Shown piece after piece: positions 1 to 12,345 of a stretch of 64,000 nt of DNA. The DNA is taken from contig NC_057719.1 in NCBI RefSeq assembly GCF_004010195.1, positions 33,379,520 to 33,443,519 of the forward strand, read 5' to 3'. This DNA comes from Chiloscyllium plagiosum. Taxonomy: Eukaryota. A program made the translations under genes and the position numbers. Position 1 is the first letter of the stretch. Every line of letters begins with the position of its first letter. The notes below the pieces were generated by a model. The model made no database searches and was not told where the DNA came from. It saw only the letters and a program-made list of their open reading frames with translations.

Positions 1-850
1 CAGAGTGTTATGTACCCTGGTAGGCTGAACAGGAAAGCCTGCAATAAGGCTCAAATAGTTGGTAGTTGAAAGGACAAAGATGTGACTGAAGAAAATTTCT
101 CTTATGGAGTGAAGAAAAACAGAAATCTTCTTTTGGACTCAATGGGTAAACTCATGTCCTGCCCTTCTCCAGATGAAAAGAAACACCTTCTAACTCCACA
201 AAACCCTTGTCCACCATCACAGGTCAGGGATGTGATGGCATATTCCACACTTGCCAGGATAATTGCAGCTCCAACAATGCTCAAAAAGCTTGAGCCATTC
301 GGCTCAAAACTGTCCACTTGATTGGCGTCTCATCTCACACTTTCAACAGTCAATCCATCCCCCCCAACTCTCAGTGGCAGTGTGTACAATCTACAAGATG
401 CACTGTAATGTCTCAGCAGAGCTCCTTAGACAACCTTTGAAACCTGTGACCTTGACCATTTAGATGGGCAAGTACAGCAGATACACCAGAGTATCACATA
501 TTATGCAAAAGGAGCAAATCGATAGAGGCCCTGGTGGAGGATAGAAATTGTGGGTGGATCTTAAGAAAACAATTAAGCAAGCAAAGAGGCGCATGAGAAA
601 ACACTGACAGGTAAAATTAGGGAGAATCCGAAGTTATTCTAACAATGTAGTAAGGGGAAGAGAATAACCAGAAAAAGACTAGGAGCCATTACGGACCAAA
701 GGGGCAAACTATGCATGGAAATGGAGGCTATTGGCAGGGTGACAAACAAATGCTTCACACCTGTCTTCATTCAGGGAAAGGAGGATGTAGATATAGATCT
801 TGGGATGAGTGATTGTGAGGGTCTTGAGCAGATTGACATTTAAATGAGGA

Positions 851-1616
851 CTTAGTTAGAGACAACAACACTGCAGATGTTGGAATCTGAGGTAAACAAA
901 AGACTGGAAGAACACAGCAGCATCAGGAAGTGGGGAAATCAAAGTTTCGGGTATAACCCTTCTTCAGGATTCAAGGTGGGGGTAGAGGGGGGAACGAGGG
1001 GGGGGGCCAGGTTANNNNNNNNNGGGAAGGGGGGGGGGGGGGGAAGGTTATGGGTGGGGAGAGGGGCAAAGTGGTGAAGTAGAGATAGGTGAATACAGGT
1101 GGTGGGTACGATGTGGTTGGTCGATGGGAAAGAAGAATCCAGTTGGAAGCTAGAAGGAATGGTCAGTCGGAGGGATGGAAGGGAGGAGGCGAGAGATGGA
1201 TTGGAAGGTTATTTGAAATTGGAGAACCAATTGAAATTGAGGTTAATTTTGAAATAACGAGATCGAGAGCGGGTAACAGACTGGCATGGGATGTTCAGGT
1301 GGAGGGGACGTATTGAGTCCTCCGGGCTGCAGGATCTTCTGCCTTTCTAGCCCCGCCTCTTCCCTTCCATCCCACCCACTGACCCTCCCTTCCACCTACA
1401 ACTGGATTCATTCCTCCCATCGTCATACTCACCACCTATCATGACCTCACCACTCCGCCCCTTTCCCCATCCAAAACGCTCACCCCACTTTATCTGCAGC
1501 TCTCCCATCCCCACCCCCAGTCCTTAAGAAGGGTTATACCCAAACCTCTGACTTCTCCACCACCTGACATTGCTTGGCTTGCCGTGTTCTTCCAGCCTCC
1601 TCCTTATCTACCTTGG
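851..1616. mobile_element. Penelope-like terminal repeats in inverted arrangement, inserted in CR1
   Basis: A G-rich left arm is mirrored by a C-rich right arm. Degenerate hammerhead cores lie near 943-970 (-) and 1520-1550 (+). Flanking direct repeat AAATGAGGA at 842-850 and 1617-1625. Contains a small N gap. Confidence 0.7.
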
Positions 1617-1949
1617 AAATGAGGAGGCATTTGACGTTGTGCCAAGCTTAAAAGTTGACAAATTACCAGGTCCAGATGAGTTGTATATTAAAAGAGTATG
1701 TTTGCTGTGGAAGAGGAGACTCTGACCCAAATTTTGAATTCCTCTCTGGCCAAAGGGAAGTGCCAGAGGACTGGAGGACAGCTAATGTGGTTTCACTTTT
1801 TGAGAAAGATGGTAAAACTAAACCAGGGAATTATAGACCAGTGAGTCCCACAACAGTGGGAGGGAACACATTAGACAATATTCTGTCAGAGAGAATTAAT
1901 CTCTACTTGGAGAAGTATAATTGATGAGGGATAATCAGCGTGGTTTTGA

Positions 1950-3562
1950 CTTCCTACAAACTAGAGCAGTGGCTATGGTGAACCCACAGCTCTGCCTACC
2001 TCTTTGTCGGGTATGTGGAACAGCCTATCTTCCACAGCTACACCAGCACCATATGCCACCTTATCGGGTCTGTGGAACAGTACATCTTCCACAGCTACAC
2101 CAGCACCATTTGCCACCTTATCGGGTCTGTGGAACAGTACATCTTCCATAGCTACACCAGCACCATTTGCCACCTTATCCTCCATGATATTGATGACTGC
2201 ATCAGTGCTGCCTCGTGCACTCACGAAGAACTTGAACAGTTCATCTACCACACTAATATCTTCCACCCCGACTTCAAATTCACCTGAACTATCTCAACAC
2301 CTCCTTCCCCCTCCTGGACCTCTCCGTCTCTGTCCCTGGTGACCAACTCAACACTGATATCTGCTACGAACTCATTGACTCCCACAGCTACCTTGACTGC
2401 ACCTCCTCCTAACTTCCCTCCTGTAAAAACATGATCCCTTACTCCCAATTCCTCCACCTCTGTCTTATCTGCTCTCAGGATGAGCAATTCCACTCCAGGA
2501 CATCCCAGATGTCCTCCTACTTCAAGTACTGCAATTTTTACTGCTCCATGATCAACGGTGCCCTCAATCACATCTGCTCCATTTCCTACATCTCCACCCT
2601 TGAGCCCTACCCCCGCAACTGCAACAAGGATAGAATTCCTCCAGTCCTCACATTCCACCCCGCTAATCTTCAAATCCAGAGCATTATTCTCCACTATTTT
2701 CACCAAAAATATGTTTCCCTTCCCTCTCTTAGATGCATTCCATAGGGACTGTTCCCTCTGCTACTCCCTCATTAGGTTCACATTCCCCACCAATCCTGTC
2801 TCCACACCTGGTACCTTCCCTTGCCACCATAACAGGTGTGAAACCTGCACCCACACCTCCCCCTCACCTTAGTCCAAGGCCCCAAATGATCATTTCAAAT
2901 CTGGCAAAGGTTTACTTGTACATCGTCCAGCCTAATTTATTGCATCTGTTGCTCTCGATGTGGTCTCCTCTACATTGGAGAGGCCAAGCTCAAACTCGCT
3001 GAGCAGTTTAAGGAACATCTCTGGTCTGTACACACCAACCAACCGCACGTGACCATCCATTTAAATTACCTCTCCCACTCCCTGAGGACATGTCCATTCT
3101 GGGCCTCCTCCACCACCTAAACAAGGCCACCTGCAAACTGGAGGAGGAACACCTCTTCTTCCGCTTAGGGAGCCTACAATCACAAGGCATGAACATTTAA
3201 TTTGCCAGTTTCCAAATCTCCCCTCTCCCACCCCATCCCAGGTCCAACCCTCCAACTCGACATCACCCTCTTGACCTGACCTACCTGCCCATCTTCCTTC
3301 CCACTGATCTGCTCCACACTTCCCACCGAAATATCACAATCACCTACCTTCACCCACCAAGTGCCATCTCTCTTTCCCCTAGCCCAAACCCTATTTCCTG
3401 ATTTATCTCTCAGCATCCTTCATCCTCCCCTGTTGTGATGAAGGGTCCTTTCCTGAACCTGAACTCTCTTGTTCCTTGGATGCTGCCTGACCTGCTGTGC
3501 TTTTCCAACGCCACACTTTATCAACTCTGACTCCCCAGCATCTGCAGTCCTCACTTTCTCCA
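1950..3562 (+). mobile_element. 5'-truncated Penelope-like retroelement (RT C-terminus, GIY-YIG endonuclease, terminal repeat), pseudogenised
   Basis: Translates to LQTRAVAM..LFVGYVEQ..HDIDD (RT) and NLLHL/IYCICCSRCGLLYIGE (GIY-YIG, ~2930-2985). Ends in GGATGCTGCCTGACCTGCTGTGC..CAGCATCTGCAGTCCTCACTTTCTCC. Confidence 0.85.
2002..2178 (+). repeat. Three tandem copies of a 57-bp unit inside the Penelope RT
   Basis: Unit CCTTATCGGGTCTGTGGAACAGTACATCTTCCACAGCTACACCAGCACCATTTGCCA; gives 19-aa periodicity in the overlapping ORFs. Confidence 0.9.
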
Positions 3563-4295
3563 AGCTTGACAAAAGGAGGTCATGTCCAACAAATTTAACT
3601 AAATGATTTTAAGGAGGTGATCATGTTTATAGATGAGGGTAGTACAGTTGATGTAGTGTGCATGGATTTCAGCAAAGCCTTTGACAAGGTCCTACATGAG
3701 AGGCTAATAAAGAAAGTAAAAACATATGGGACCCAGGATAACTTGGCAAGATGGATCTAAAACTGGCTTAGTTGTGGGAGATAGGGGGTCGTGGTAGAAA
3801 CCTGTTTGTGTGACTGGAGGCTGCTGTCCAGTGACGCATACAGGAATCAATGCAGGGTTTCATATTGTCTGTGATATAGAGATGATGTAGAAGAAAATGA
3901 GGGCCGTAGTGGTAAGTAAGTTTGGCTGGATAGTTAGTGAAGAAGGAGGTCTTAAGTTACAGGAAGATATAAATAGATTTATCAGATGGACAGTTCGGTG
4001 GCAGATGGAACTTAATCCTGAAAAGTGTCAGGTGATTCACTGTGGAAGTAGTAACAAGACAAGGGAGGACTCAATGAATGGCAGAATGTTAGGAAGCTCA
4101 AAGGAACAGAGGGATCTTGCAGTACTTATCAACAGCTGCTGACAGGTTAATAGGACAGTTATAAAGGCATTTGGGACACTTGCCTTGATTAGTCATGAGC
4201 AGAGAGGTCGCGTTGGAGCTGTACAGAATTTTGGTTAGGCAACAGCTGAAGTACTTTGTGCAGTTCTGGTCACCACACTGGAATGATAGAATCTC

Positions 4296-4568
4296 TACAG
4301 TGTGGAAGCAGACTCCCCTGAGACCACACTGACCCTCTGAAGAGCATCCCACCCAGACCTACCATCGTATTCTAACCCTGCATTTCCTATGGCCAATCCA
4401 CCTAACCTGCACATCGTTGAACCTTGGAAGGAAACTGGAGCACCCAGAGGAAACCCACGCAGACACAAGAAAAATGTGCAAACTCCACACAAAGTCGTCC
4501 AAGGCTGAAATCAAATCCAGGTCCCTGGTGCAGTGAGGCAGCAGTGCTAACCACTGAACTACTGTGCC
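4296..4568 (-). mobile_element. tRNA-derived SINE (HE1/V-SINE type) nested in CR1
   Basis: Reverse complement of the CAGTGGTTAGCACTGCTGCCTCAC head and the TGTGGAGTTTGCAC..CTGCGTGGGTTTCCTC central domain. Confidence 0.85.
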
Positions 4569-5949
4569 AATCTTATAGAAGGATGTAATTAGATGGGAGT
4601 TTATGGAGAGGAGATTCACTAGGATGTTGCCCATGATGGAGCACCTTAGCTTTGAAGAGGCGCTGAATAAGCTCAGGTTGTTCTCTGTAGATAGAAAAGG
4701 ATGACAGGAGTCGTGACTAAGGTGCACAGGACTATGAAGGGCATGGACAGAGTGGATAGGAAGCAATTGTTCTCCTTAGTTGAAGGATTATTTACAGGAA
4801 GCATTTGTTTGGCAAGCTGAACAGGAAAACCTATCAGAAGGCTCAAAAAGTTTGTAGTTGGATGGACAAAGATGTGACTGAAGGGATATTCCCTTGTTGA
4901 GGGAAGAGAAGCAGGAATCTTCTTTAAGGTGAAAGGCAGCAGCTTTAGAAGGGACCTGAGGAAAATAAAATTTCACCTAGAGGCTGGTGGGAAACTTGAT
5001 TGCCTTGCCTAGGAGAATAGTCAAGGCGGGAAAACTTATAATGTTTAAAAAGTACTTGGATGAGCACTTGAAATGTCATAACAATCCAGACTAAGGCCAA
5101 GAGAGCTGGATAATGACATTAGTTTAAGCTTGGACTTGATAGGCTGAAGAACCTTTTTTGTGCTTTACAACTCTATCATCGCTTTCAAGCTTGCCTCCCC
5201 TCCACACACCAACTTGATTTGGAACTATATTGTTGCTCCTTACTTTGTTGGAAACCCATCCTTTAAAGCACCATGGGTGTACCCACACCACAAGGGACTG
5301 CTATGGTTTAAGAGGCCAGCTGAAAACTGCCTTCTCAAAAGATAAGCGATAAATCCTGGCATAGCCATCAATGTCCAAATTCCATGAGTGAATCAAAAAC
5401 TTTCTGAGCAGCAATTAAGAGTTGAGTAACAAGTTTGAGCTTAATGATTGTCACATCCCATGAATGAATTAAAGTAACAGCTGCCAGCTGGTGGGTGGGT
5501 CAGTGCCAACCAACGTTTGTCTGCTGGTAGTTTCACTGTGCCCTTTTCTGATTTTAGGTGGAAGAAGAACAGTGATATTTGCATCAGGCTAAACCTCAAT
5601 CATAGGTCTGTAAGCTGACTGAGCAAATTTCAGACATTTGTTCTCATTTTCCCCATTTTCTTGCTTTCCTTAGCTCTCAGTTAAAGAGCTCTAACTATTG
5701 ACATAAACAGGGAACATTTGTCAGAACGAAGAAAGGGGGAAAGCTCATGAAAATGGAGTTGAAATTTCTGCTGTGACTTTGTTTCCCAACAGCATAGCTG
5801 CCTCATTAACTCCACATTCTGCTATCAAGTTCAGCACAGATTGACGCATAGAAAACTTCCATCCATCTCAAATTCAGTAGCGGGTGACTGAAATTTGATT
5901 TGTTTTCCCTCCTTTTTCATGCATTTCTCTCTAGGGGTTGAACGTGAAG

Positions 5950-6248
5950 GGGCGGCACTGTGGTACAGTGGTTAGCACTGCTGCCTCATAGCACCAGGAA
6001 CCTAGGTTCAATCCCTGCCTTGGGTAACTGACTGTGTGGAGTTTGCACGTTCTCCCCGTGTCTGTGTGGGTTGCCTCTGGGTGCTCCGGTTTCCTCCCAC
6101 AGTCCAAAAATGTGCAGGTTAGGTGAATTGGCCATGCTAAATTGCCTGTAGTGTTAGGTGTAGGGGAATGGGTGGGTTGTGCTTCGGCGGGTCGGTGTGG
6201 ACTTTTTGGGCTGAAGGGCCTGTTTCCACACTGTAAGTAATCTAATCT
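5950..6248 (+). mobile_element. tRNA-derived SINE (HE1/V-SINE type)
   Basis: A-box-like TGGTACAGTGG, B-box-like GGTTCAATCC, conserved central domain and AATCT tail. Confidence 0.9.
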
Positions 6249-6430
6249 TTACTGCATTTGTTTTCATATGGTACAGAAAGCATGCTTTGTGTTGCTTCTT
6301 CAGTTACCGTGAACATTGCCTGAGGATCAGAGCTCTCTATTTCTTATCTACATGCTGATACAGCATGTGGAAACTTGGCCAGGATCTTGTAGTCTTAGTC
6401 CCTGAATGAATAACAAGATAACAATCACAA

Positions 6431-6723
6431 GGCAGCACGGCGGCTCAGTGGTTAGCACTGCTGCCTCACAGTGTCAGGAACCTAGGTTCAAATCCTGCCT
6501 TGGGTAAATGACTGTGTGGAGTTTACACATTCTCCCCATGTCTGCGTGGGTTTTTCTCTGGTTTCCTCCCACAAACCAAAGATGTGCAGGTTAGGTGAAT
6601 TAGTCATGCTAAATTGCCCACAGTCAGGGGAATGGGTCAGGGTGGGTTACTCTTTGGAGGATTGGTATGAACTTGTTGGGCCGAAGGGCCTGTTTCCATA
6701 CTGTAGGGAATTGAATCTAATCA
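6431..6723 (+). mobile_element. tRNA-derived SINE (HE1/V-SINE type)
   Basis: Same head, central domain and tail as 5950-6248. Confidence 0.88.
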
Positions 6724-7136
6724 TAACTCGTAATTTGGAACCTGAATGACCAATTTGTGTGTCTTTCTGCTACTTTTACTCAAAATAATTTAAATATCAC
6801 TTTCTTGAAAATGTGAGGCCGTTGAAATTCAAAAGAAAGCTTGCTGGTGGACATTCACTGCATGGAAGATTTTTCTGGCAATCTGGTTGTCGGTCAGTCA
6901 GTGCTTTGATGGCTATATGAATGCAACTGTTGACTCCTGGATCTGAGGTCATCCCTCAGTGGCAGCAAAGCCCATTGCCTATTGTGCCTGCAATAGTCTG
7001 CCTGTCTCAGGACGAATACAGTCTCCAACTCTCTGCAGCCTAATGACTGAGAGCTGCCACTCTTGTCTGAAGCTGATATATTAATATTCCACATCACGGT
7101 CACTTTGCTAGGAGGAAAGCACAAATGTCCAAAAGT

Positions 7137-7440
7137 GGGTGGCACGGTGGCACAGTGGTTAGCACTGCTGCCTCACAGCGCCAGAGACCTGGGTTCAATT
7201 CCCGCCTCAGGCGACTGACTGTGTGAAGTTTGCATGTTCTCCCCGTGTCTGCGTGGGTTTCCTCCGGGTGCTCCGGTTTCCTCCCACAGTCTAAACATGT
7301 GCAGGTCAGTTGAATTGGCCATGCTAAATTGCCCGTATTGTTAGGTAAGGGGTATGGATGGGTTGCGCTTCGGCGGGTCGGTGTGGACTTGTTGGGCCGA
7401 AGGGCCTGGTTCCACACTGTAATGTAATCTAATCTAATCT
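7137..7440 (+). mobile_element. tRNA-derived SINE (HE1/V-SINE type), well-preserved copy
   Basis: GGCACGGTGGCACAGTGGTTAGCACTGC..GGTTCAATTCC head and (AATCT)3 tail. Confidence 0.92.
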
Positions 7441-8189
7441 GCGGAACTGCCACTCTGTGACATTTGGGTGGAGAAAAGCTGAGATCCACATCTCTTCAGC
7501 ACATGCTTACAGAACTGACATTTGGGTGGTACACTTGATGTCTTGGGTAATCCTCCCTTCCCTTCACAGCCCTCACTCTGCTTCTCTGACCTCTCCAGAC
7601 CAGGAGGATACATGGTTGAAGCTTTCCCTCATTATTCTGTCCAATGTCAGAGTCTCCTGTTATTATCTCAACACCTTCAACCACTGGTTTATTTGGAACT
7701 TCTCTCTCAACTGATGTCCAGCTGATGCCAGCAGGCTCACATCTCTCTCAAGAAGCCAACTACTCACTCTTCATGTATGCAAACCTCTCAGTACCAGTGA
7801 TGGCAATGCTGTGCCACTGGTTCAGCATCTGAGTATATCCTTCCTGTTCACATAACTGTACTCATGGATCCCTGCTTTCTCCCCAAAAGCTACACTCTAA
7901 TGCATCCCTGAGTCACTAGTTCCCCATACTTCTTGGTGATATAGTGAAGACAGCAGTTCCCCAGACTGTTACAAATGTTCTGCAATTAGGTCAACAATTT
8001 CTTAACTGGAGCTATTCAGAATGTAATTGCAGCCCCTCTTATCCTGCCATTAAAAGTCACATCGTGTTCCAGTAGAATCTATAACTAGTGATGCATCTGA
8101 TTTTGAGATTTCCAATATGCATCCACATCACCTCATCCTCATGGGCTTTTGAAAATCCAGAATCTGTTGACAGCATTAAATATCACACT

Positions 8190-8408
8190 GTTGAAACTTT
8201 ATTGCTGGAACAGCACAGCAGGTCAGGCAGCATCCAGGGAACAGGAGATTCGACGTTTCGGGCACAGGCCCTTCTTCAGGAATCTGAAGAAGGGCCTGTG
8301 CCCGAAACGTCGAATCTCCTGTTCCCTGGATGCTGCCTGACCTGCTGTGCTGTTCCAGCAATAAAGTTTCAACTTTGATCTCCAGCATCTGCAGACCTTA
8401 CTTTCTCC
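8190..8408. mobile_element. Palindromic mini-element made of Penelope terminal repeats, with hammerhead motifs
   Basis: 90-bp inverted arms (8190-8279 and 8284-8373) with a GAAT loop, a ~35-bp tail on the right arm, and TSD TTAAATATCACACT at 8176-8189 and 8409-8422. Confidence 0.9.
8248..8283 (-). ncRNA. Minimal type I hammerhead ribozyme motif
   Basis: The minus strand reads ATTC CTGAAGA A GGGC CTGT GCCC GAAA CGTC GAAT: stem I, conserved core, stem II, loopless stem III and GUC cleavage triplet. Activity is not shown. Confidence 0.75.
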
Positions 8409-9721
8409 TTAAATATCACACTCCCAATTGGCATTTAACTGTTATTATGTTGAGTAGATGTCACTAATACATTCAATATCATGCTCTCCACTATGACAAT
8501 TTGGAATCCAATTTTACTCGTGTTCGGCACAACCTCATTTCTCATCAATTATAGGTGTGCGAATAGTGCCTGCGGACTAGATAAGGGCTGGAATCTTGTG
8601 GAGGTAGAAAGCAGGCAAGAGCCCTCTCTTGACGGAAGGCATGCTGCATCTTATTCCACACAGGCACTTGACTGACCAGCAACAAGCACCCAGAGTCAAA
8701 AGTCACTTCCATTGTGGAAGTCAGGGGATAAAAGCTCAATTAAACAGCAGCACCACCAAGGAATCTCCCTAAAGTTGTTTTCTTACATCTCTGTCTACTC
8801 CTTTAAGATCATCTTTAAAAGCATTACCTTTGACCACGTTTTTGGCCATCTGCCTTAAAACCACCTTATGCAATGACAAATTTGGTCCGATAACATTACT
8901 GTCAAGTGCCTCGAGGCATTTTATTAAGATGGAAGCGCCATATAAATAAGTCATTGATTTTGTTGCATCTTGATGCATTGAATAAAATCATAACACTATT
9001 TTTATCTTATCTACAGGGATCAAAAAACAATATTAAAGGAGAAGCAGAAGATTACACTGACACTGGTAAAAGTTGGCAGATTTGTCAGCAGACCACAGTG
9101 TAACTTTATCTAATAGACATGTCCTCCTTTATTCTTACAACTAAACAGTCAGACTCATTTCTGCACAACATGACTCCACATCACATTGCAATTCATGTGC
9201 CCTGTACACACAAGTACCATCAAAAGGATGAAAACTGTATAAAAAGCAAGCTGATCTCAGATTATTTCTTCCAAGATCATGTTATATTCGATTCTATAAT
9301 CAGCTACAAAATGACACAATAATAATCTCAGTTTCTCTTCACACCTGTTAACAAGAATATTCAATAATATTTCACAATCAGTCAATGCTGCACCTAATAA
9401 GAGTTCTTGGACAAAAACTGCATTATGCTCTTCACAGATCAGCTTCATACAAAAGTTCCAGAAGTTCTCAGGGAGATTGGTTAGTTTTCTTTGACACAAA
9501 GTCAATTGGAAATTCAGTCTATAGACTACAGCTGTTACCCAAAAGAGAAGAGAAACTAGATCAGAGGTTAAGGGTAAAATAGACTACCAGCAAACAAATA
9601 TTTTCGACTTCAGAGGTTTATTTGGAATAAATTGAAATGGGTGCCTTTTTAATTATTTCAAAATCATTGTCCCATTCAGCAGTTGTTAATCTAATAGAGT
9701 AAACATTAAATAAATATATAA

Positions 9722-9945
9722 TAAAAACTGAAAGAACTGCAGATGTTGTAAATCAGAAACAAAAGCAAAAGTTGCTGGAAAGGTTCATCAGGTCTGGCAG
9801 CATCTGTGAAGAGAAATCAAAGTTAGCGTTCCAGTAACCCTGGAACAGTTCTGAAGAAGGGTCACTGCACCCAGAACGTTAACTTTGATTTCTCTTCACA
9901 GATGCTGCCAGACTGGTGAACTTTTCCAGCAACTTCTGCTTTTGC
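9722..9945. mobile_element. Older palindromic Penelope-terminus mini-element (second subfamily)
   Basis: Inverted arms AAGTTGCTGGAAAG..AGAGAAATCAAAGTT and AACTTTGATTTCTCT..CTTTTCCAGCAACTT. Degenerate core AGTT CTGAAGA AGGGT..ACCC AGAACGTT AACT at ~9847-9884. Confidence 0.75.
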
Positions 9946-10337
9946 ATTAAACAAATACACTTTGCAGCAAGTAAACAAAACACTGTGATTTTCTTTCAAT
10001 CTTATGTGATGTAAACTGTGGGATGTACAAGTTTTAATGTTATTTGTTGACAGTTTGAGTTTCAGGTTTTTTGAGTTAATAACCGGTGGTTTTTCTGTGT
10101 GCCTGAAGTTAATAATCACCTTGCAAACATTTCTGTAGCCATGGTGATTTCTTTTACAAACAGATTTTAAAGCCTGGCTTTACAGTAAATGAGTTTTGTG
10201 AAATGCTACTGGCTTTTATTTATTTAGGTTGTTTTATAGCCCAGAATGGTAAAGTAATGGGACCTCAAAGCTTGTTAGAGAGTTCCAGAACTTGTTTATC
10301 TTTAAGCTGATGGGAAGCTGAACTGGCGGACATAGCT

Positions 10338-10340
10338 GAC

Positions 10341-10371
<31 letters not shown>

Positions 10372-10452
10372 CAGAGAGAGAGAGGCACAGAAAGAGAGAG
10401 AGAGAGAGAGACAGACAGAGAGCGACAGACAGAGAGAGAAAGAAAGAGAGAA

Positions 10453-10483
<31 letters not shown>

Positions 10484-10492
10484 GAGAGAGAG
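10338..10492. repeat. Compound (GA)n/(GACA)n microsatellite
   Basis: Visible directly. Confidence 0.97.
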
Positions 10493-10768
10493 GACCTTTA
10501 TCGTGGGCAGTCCTGCGAAGTTGTCGAAATAGGATGGCTATGTAGATTAGCGGTTCTTAGTAGGGAAGGATATACAGTGAACTAGGCTACCTTAGAGTAA
10601 AGAGATAATGTTAACCACAAATCAAAAGTATTGGGGTAAGATAATAAACTAGCCAAAAACATTTCTAACCACGAATGAACTATCTACTCGAGATTGAAGT
10701 GATCAGTCGAACACTGGAAGTTGTTTCCTGGATTACTACTCCTAAATCCTGAAAGTAAACTTTTTGTT

Positions 10769-11204
10769 TTTAACACTTCTATGCCCTTCTGCAACAACAT
10801 TGCACCCCACTGCAGTCTACCACCCCACTGTCACTACAAACAGCACAATCAAAGTTACAAACCTTTCAGTCTTTTCTCAGAGGCTCTGTGCTTATTTAAA
10901 CACTATATCTGCTGAGCCATGCAAGTGCTCACTAGCTTTCACTTCTACTCAATATTAGGCTCCTCTGTACAAAATTTTACTTGTCCAGATTATGTGAGAA
11001 TAACTCAGTTCTTAGGATGCTCAGCAACTTTGGTGCAGCCAACTGAAAAACAGAACCCAAAGTCCAAGAAAAGAATTTAGTGCTGTGTAAGGGAAAGGAG
11101 TCTTCCATTTATCAGTTAAGTATATCATACAAATGATCAAACATTATGCACTAGAACTGAATTTGGAAACATACGTAGCTTATGATAACATTGACTTGGG
11201 GCAA
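10769..11204 (+). repeat. Direct duplication, copy 1
   Basis: Matches 12944-13372; identical peptides appear in the ORF track (NTSMPFCNNIAPH..., TLLCPSATTLHP...). Confidence 0.92.
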
Positions 11205-11846
11205 CCTAGGTCAGCATTCAAGCATAAAAGAAACCAAAAGACTCTTTATACAGCACTTTTCACATTAGATGAGAATATAGATTTTCTGCCAATTGACTAC
11301 AAATGAATTTTAAAAATCTAGCCTTAGGACTTTTCAGCTCCAAACTCAGCATAGGCTGAAAGAATAATAATCACTCTGACAAACGCATGCCTTGTTGGTA
11401 AATGGAGTGATTCTGGACTCTCCTAATCTAGTTCAGGAGGAGTGTAGGATTCAGCAGTAAACTGTCAGTCTCAAGCATTAAGGCTTATAAACATATCTGG
11501 TGATGAAATGAGTTGTGTAAAGGAGAGCAGAAAGTCTCAGAAGTCTTGTAGACAGACTAAGTGAGTGAGAAAAACTGCAGCAATTGTACTTTGATGTAAC
11601 AAACTGCAGAGCTGTACATGGAAACACAGGAGTAGGAATAGGATATTTAGCCTGAGTGTCTATTCTGCCAGGTGTGAACCGAGGGCTAACTCCATACACC
11701 CATCTTCACCTTTCCTTTTAAAAAACTTAGCAATCCCAGATTTAAAGTTAAGAACAGATCTAATATGGATTGCAAACAGCAAAAGGGAATTCCAAACATC
11801 ATCTCTGAAAAAGAGATTACGAATATCACTCGAGAAAAATATGAAC

Positions 11847-12345
11847 GCCAGCGACCAATGGACTGAAATGGGGACACCAGCGACCAACGGACTGAAATGG
11901 GGACACCAGTGACCAATGAACTGAAATGGGGACACCAGTGACCAATGGACTGAAATGGGGACACCAGCGACCAGCGGACTGAAATGGGGACACCAGCGAC
12001 TAATGGACTGAAATGGGGACACCAGCGACCAATGGACTGAAAGGGGGACACCAACGACTAATGGACTGAAATGGGGACACCAGCAACCAACGGACTGAAA
12101 TGGGGACACAAGCGACCAGCGGACTGAAATGGGGACACCAGCGACCAATGGACTGAAATGGGGACACAAGCGACCAGCGGACTGAAATGGGGACACCAGT
12201 GACCAATGAACTGAAATGGGGACACCAGTGACCAATGGACTGAAATGGGGACGCCAGCGACCAGCGGACTGAAATGGGGACACCAGCGACCAATGGACTG
12301 AAATGGGGACACCAGCGACCAATGGACTGAAATGGGGACACCAAT
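11847..12345 (+). repeat. 29-bp minisatellite, about 17 copies
   Basis: Unit GCGACCAATGGACTGAAATGGGGACACCA, head-to-tail with point variants and no spacers. Confidence 0.97.

Larger units (their letters stand above)
490..5175 (+). mobile_element. Decayed CR1-type LINE (ORF2 RT region to 3' end), interrupted by two Penelope-like inserts and a SINE
   Basis: CR1 peptides VPEDWRTANVVSLFEK..PGNYRPVS and WQMELNPEKCQVIH; the DFSKAFDKV motif is encoded near 3665. Many stops and frameshifts. Confidence 0.85.

Noticed and set aside
5950..7440. tRNA genes
   Set aside because: The tRNA-like heads continue into SINE bodies and tails.
10234..10482. Ser/Leu-rich ORF
   Set aside because: Translation of a GA/GACA microsatellite.
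11847..12345. CRISPR array, or the 220-aa repetitive ORF as a gene
   Set aside because: The units are contiguous with no unique spacers, there are no cas genes and the context is vertebrate; the ORFs arise from a stop-poor tandem repeat.
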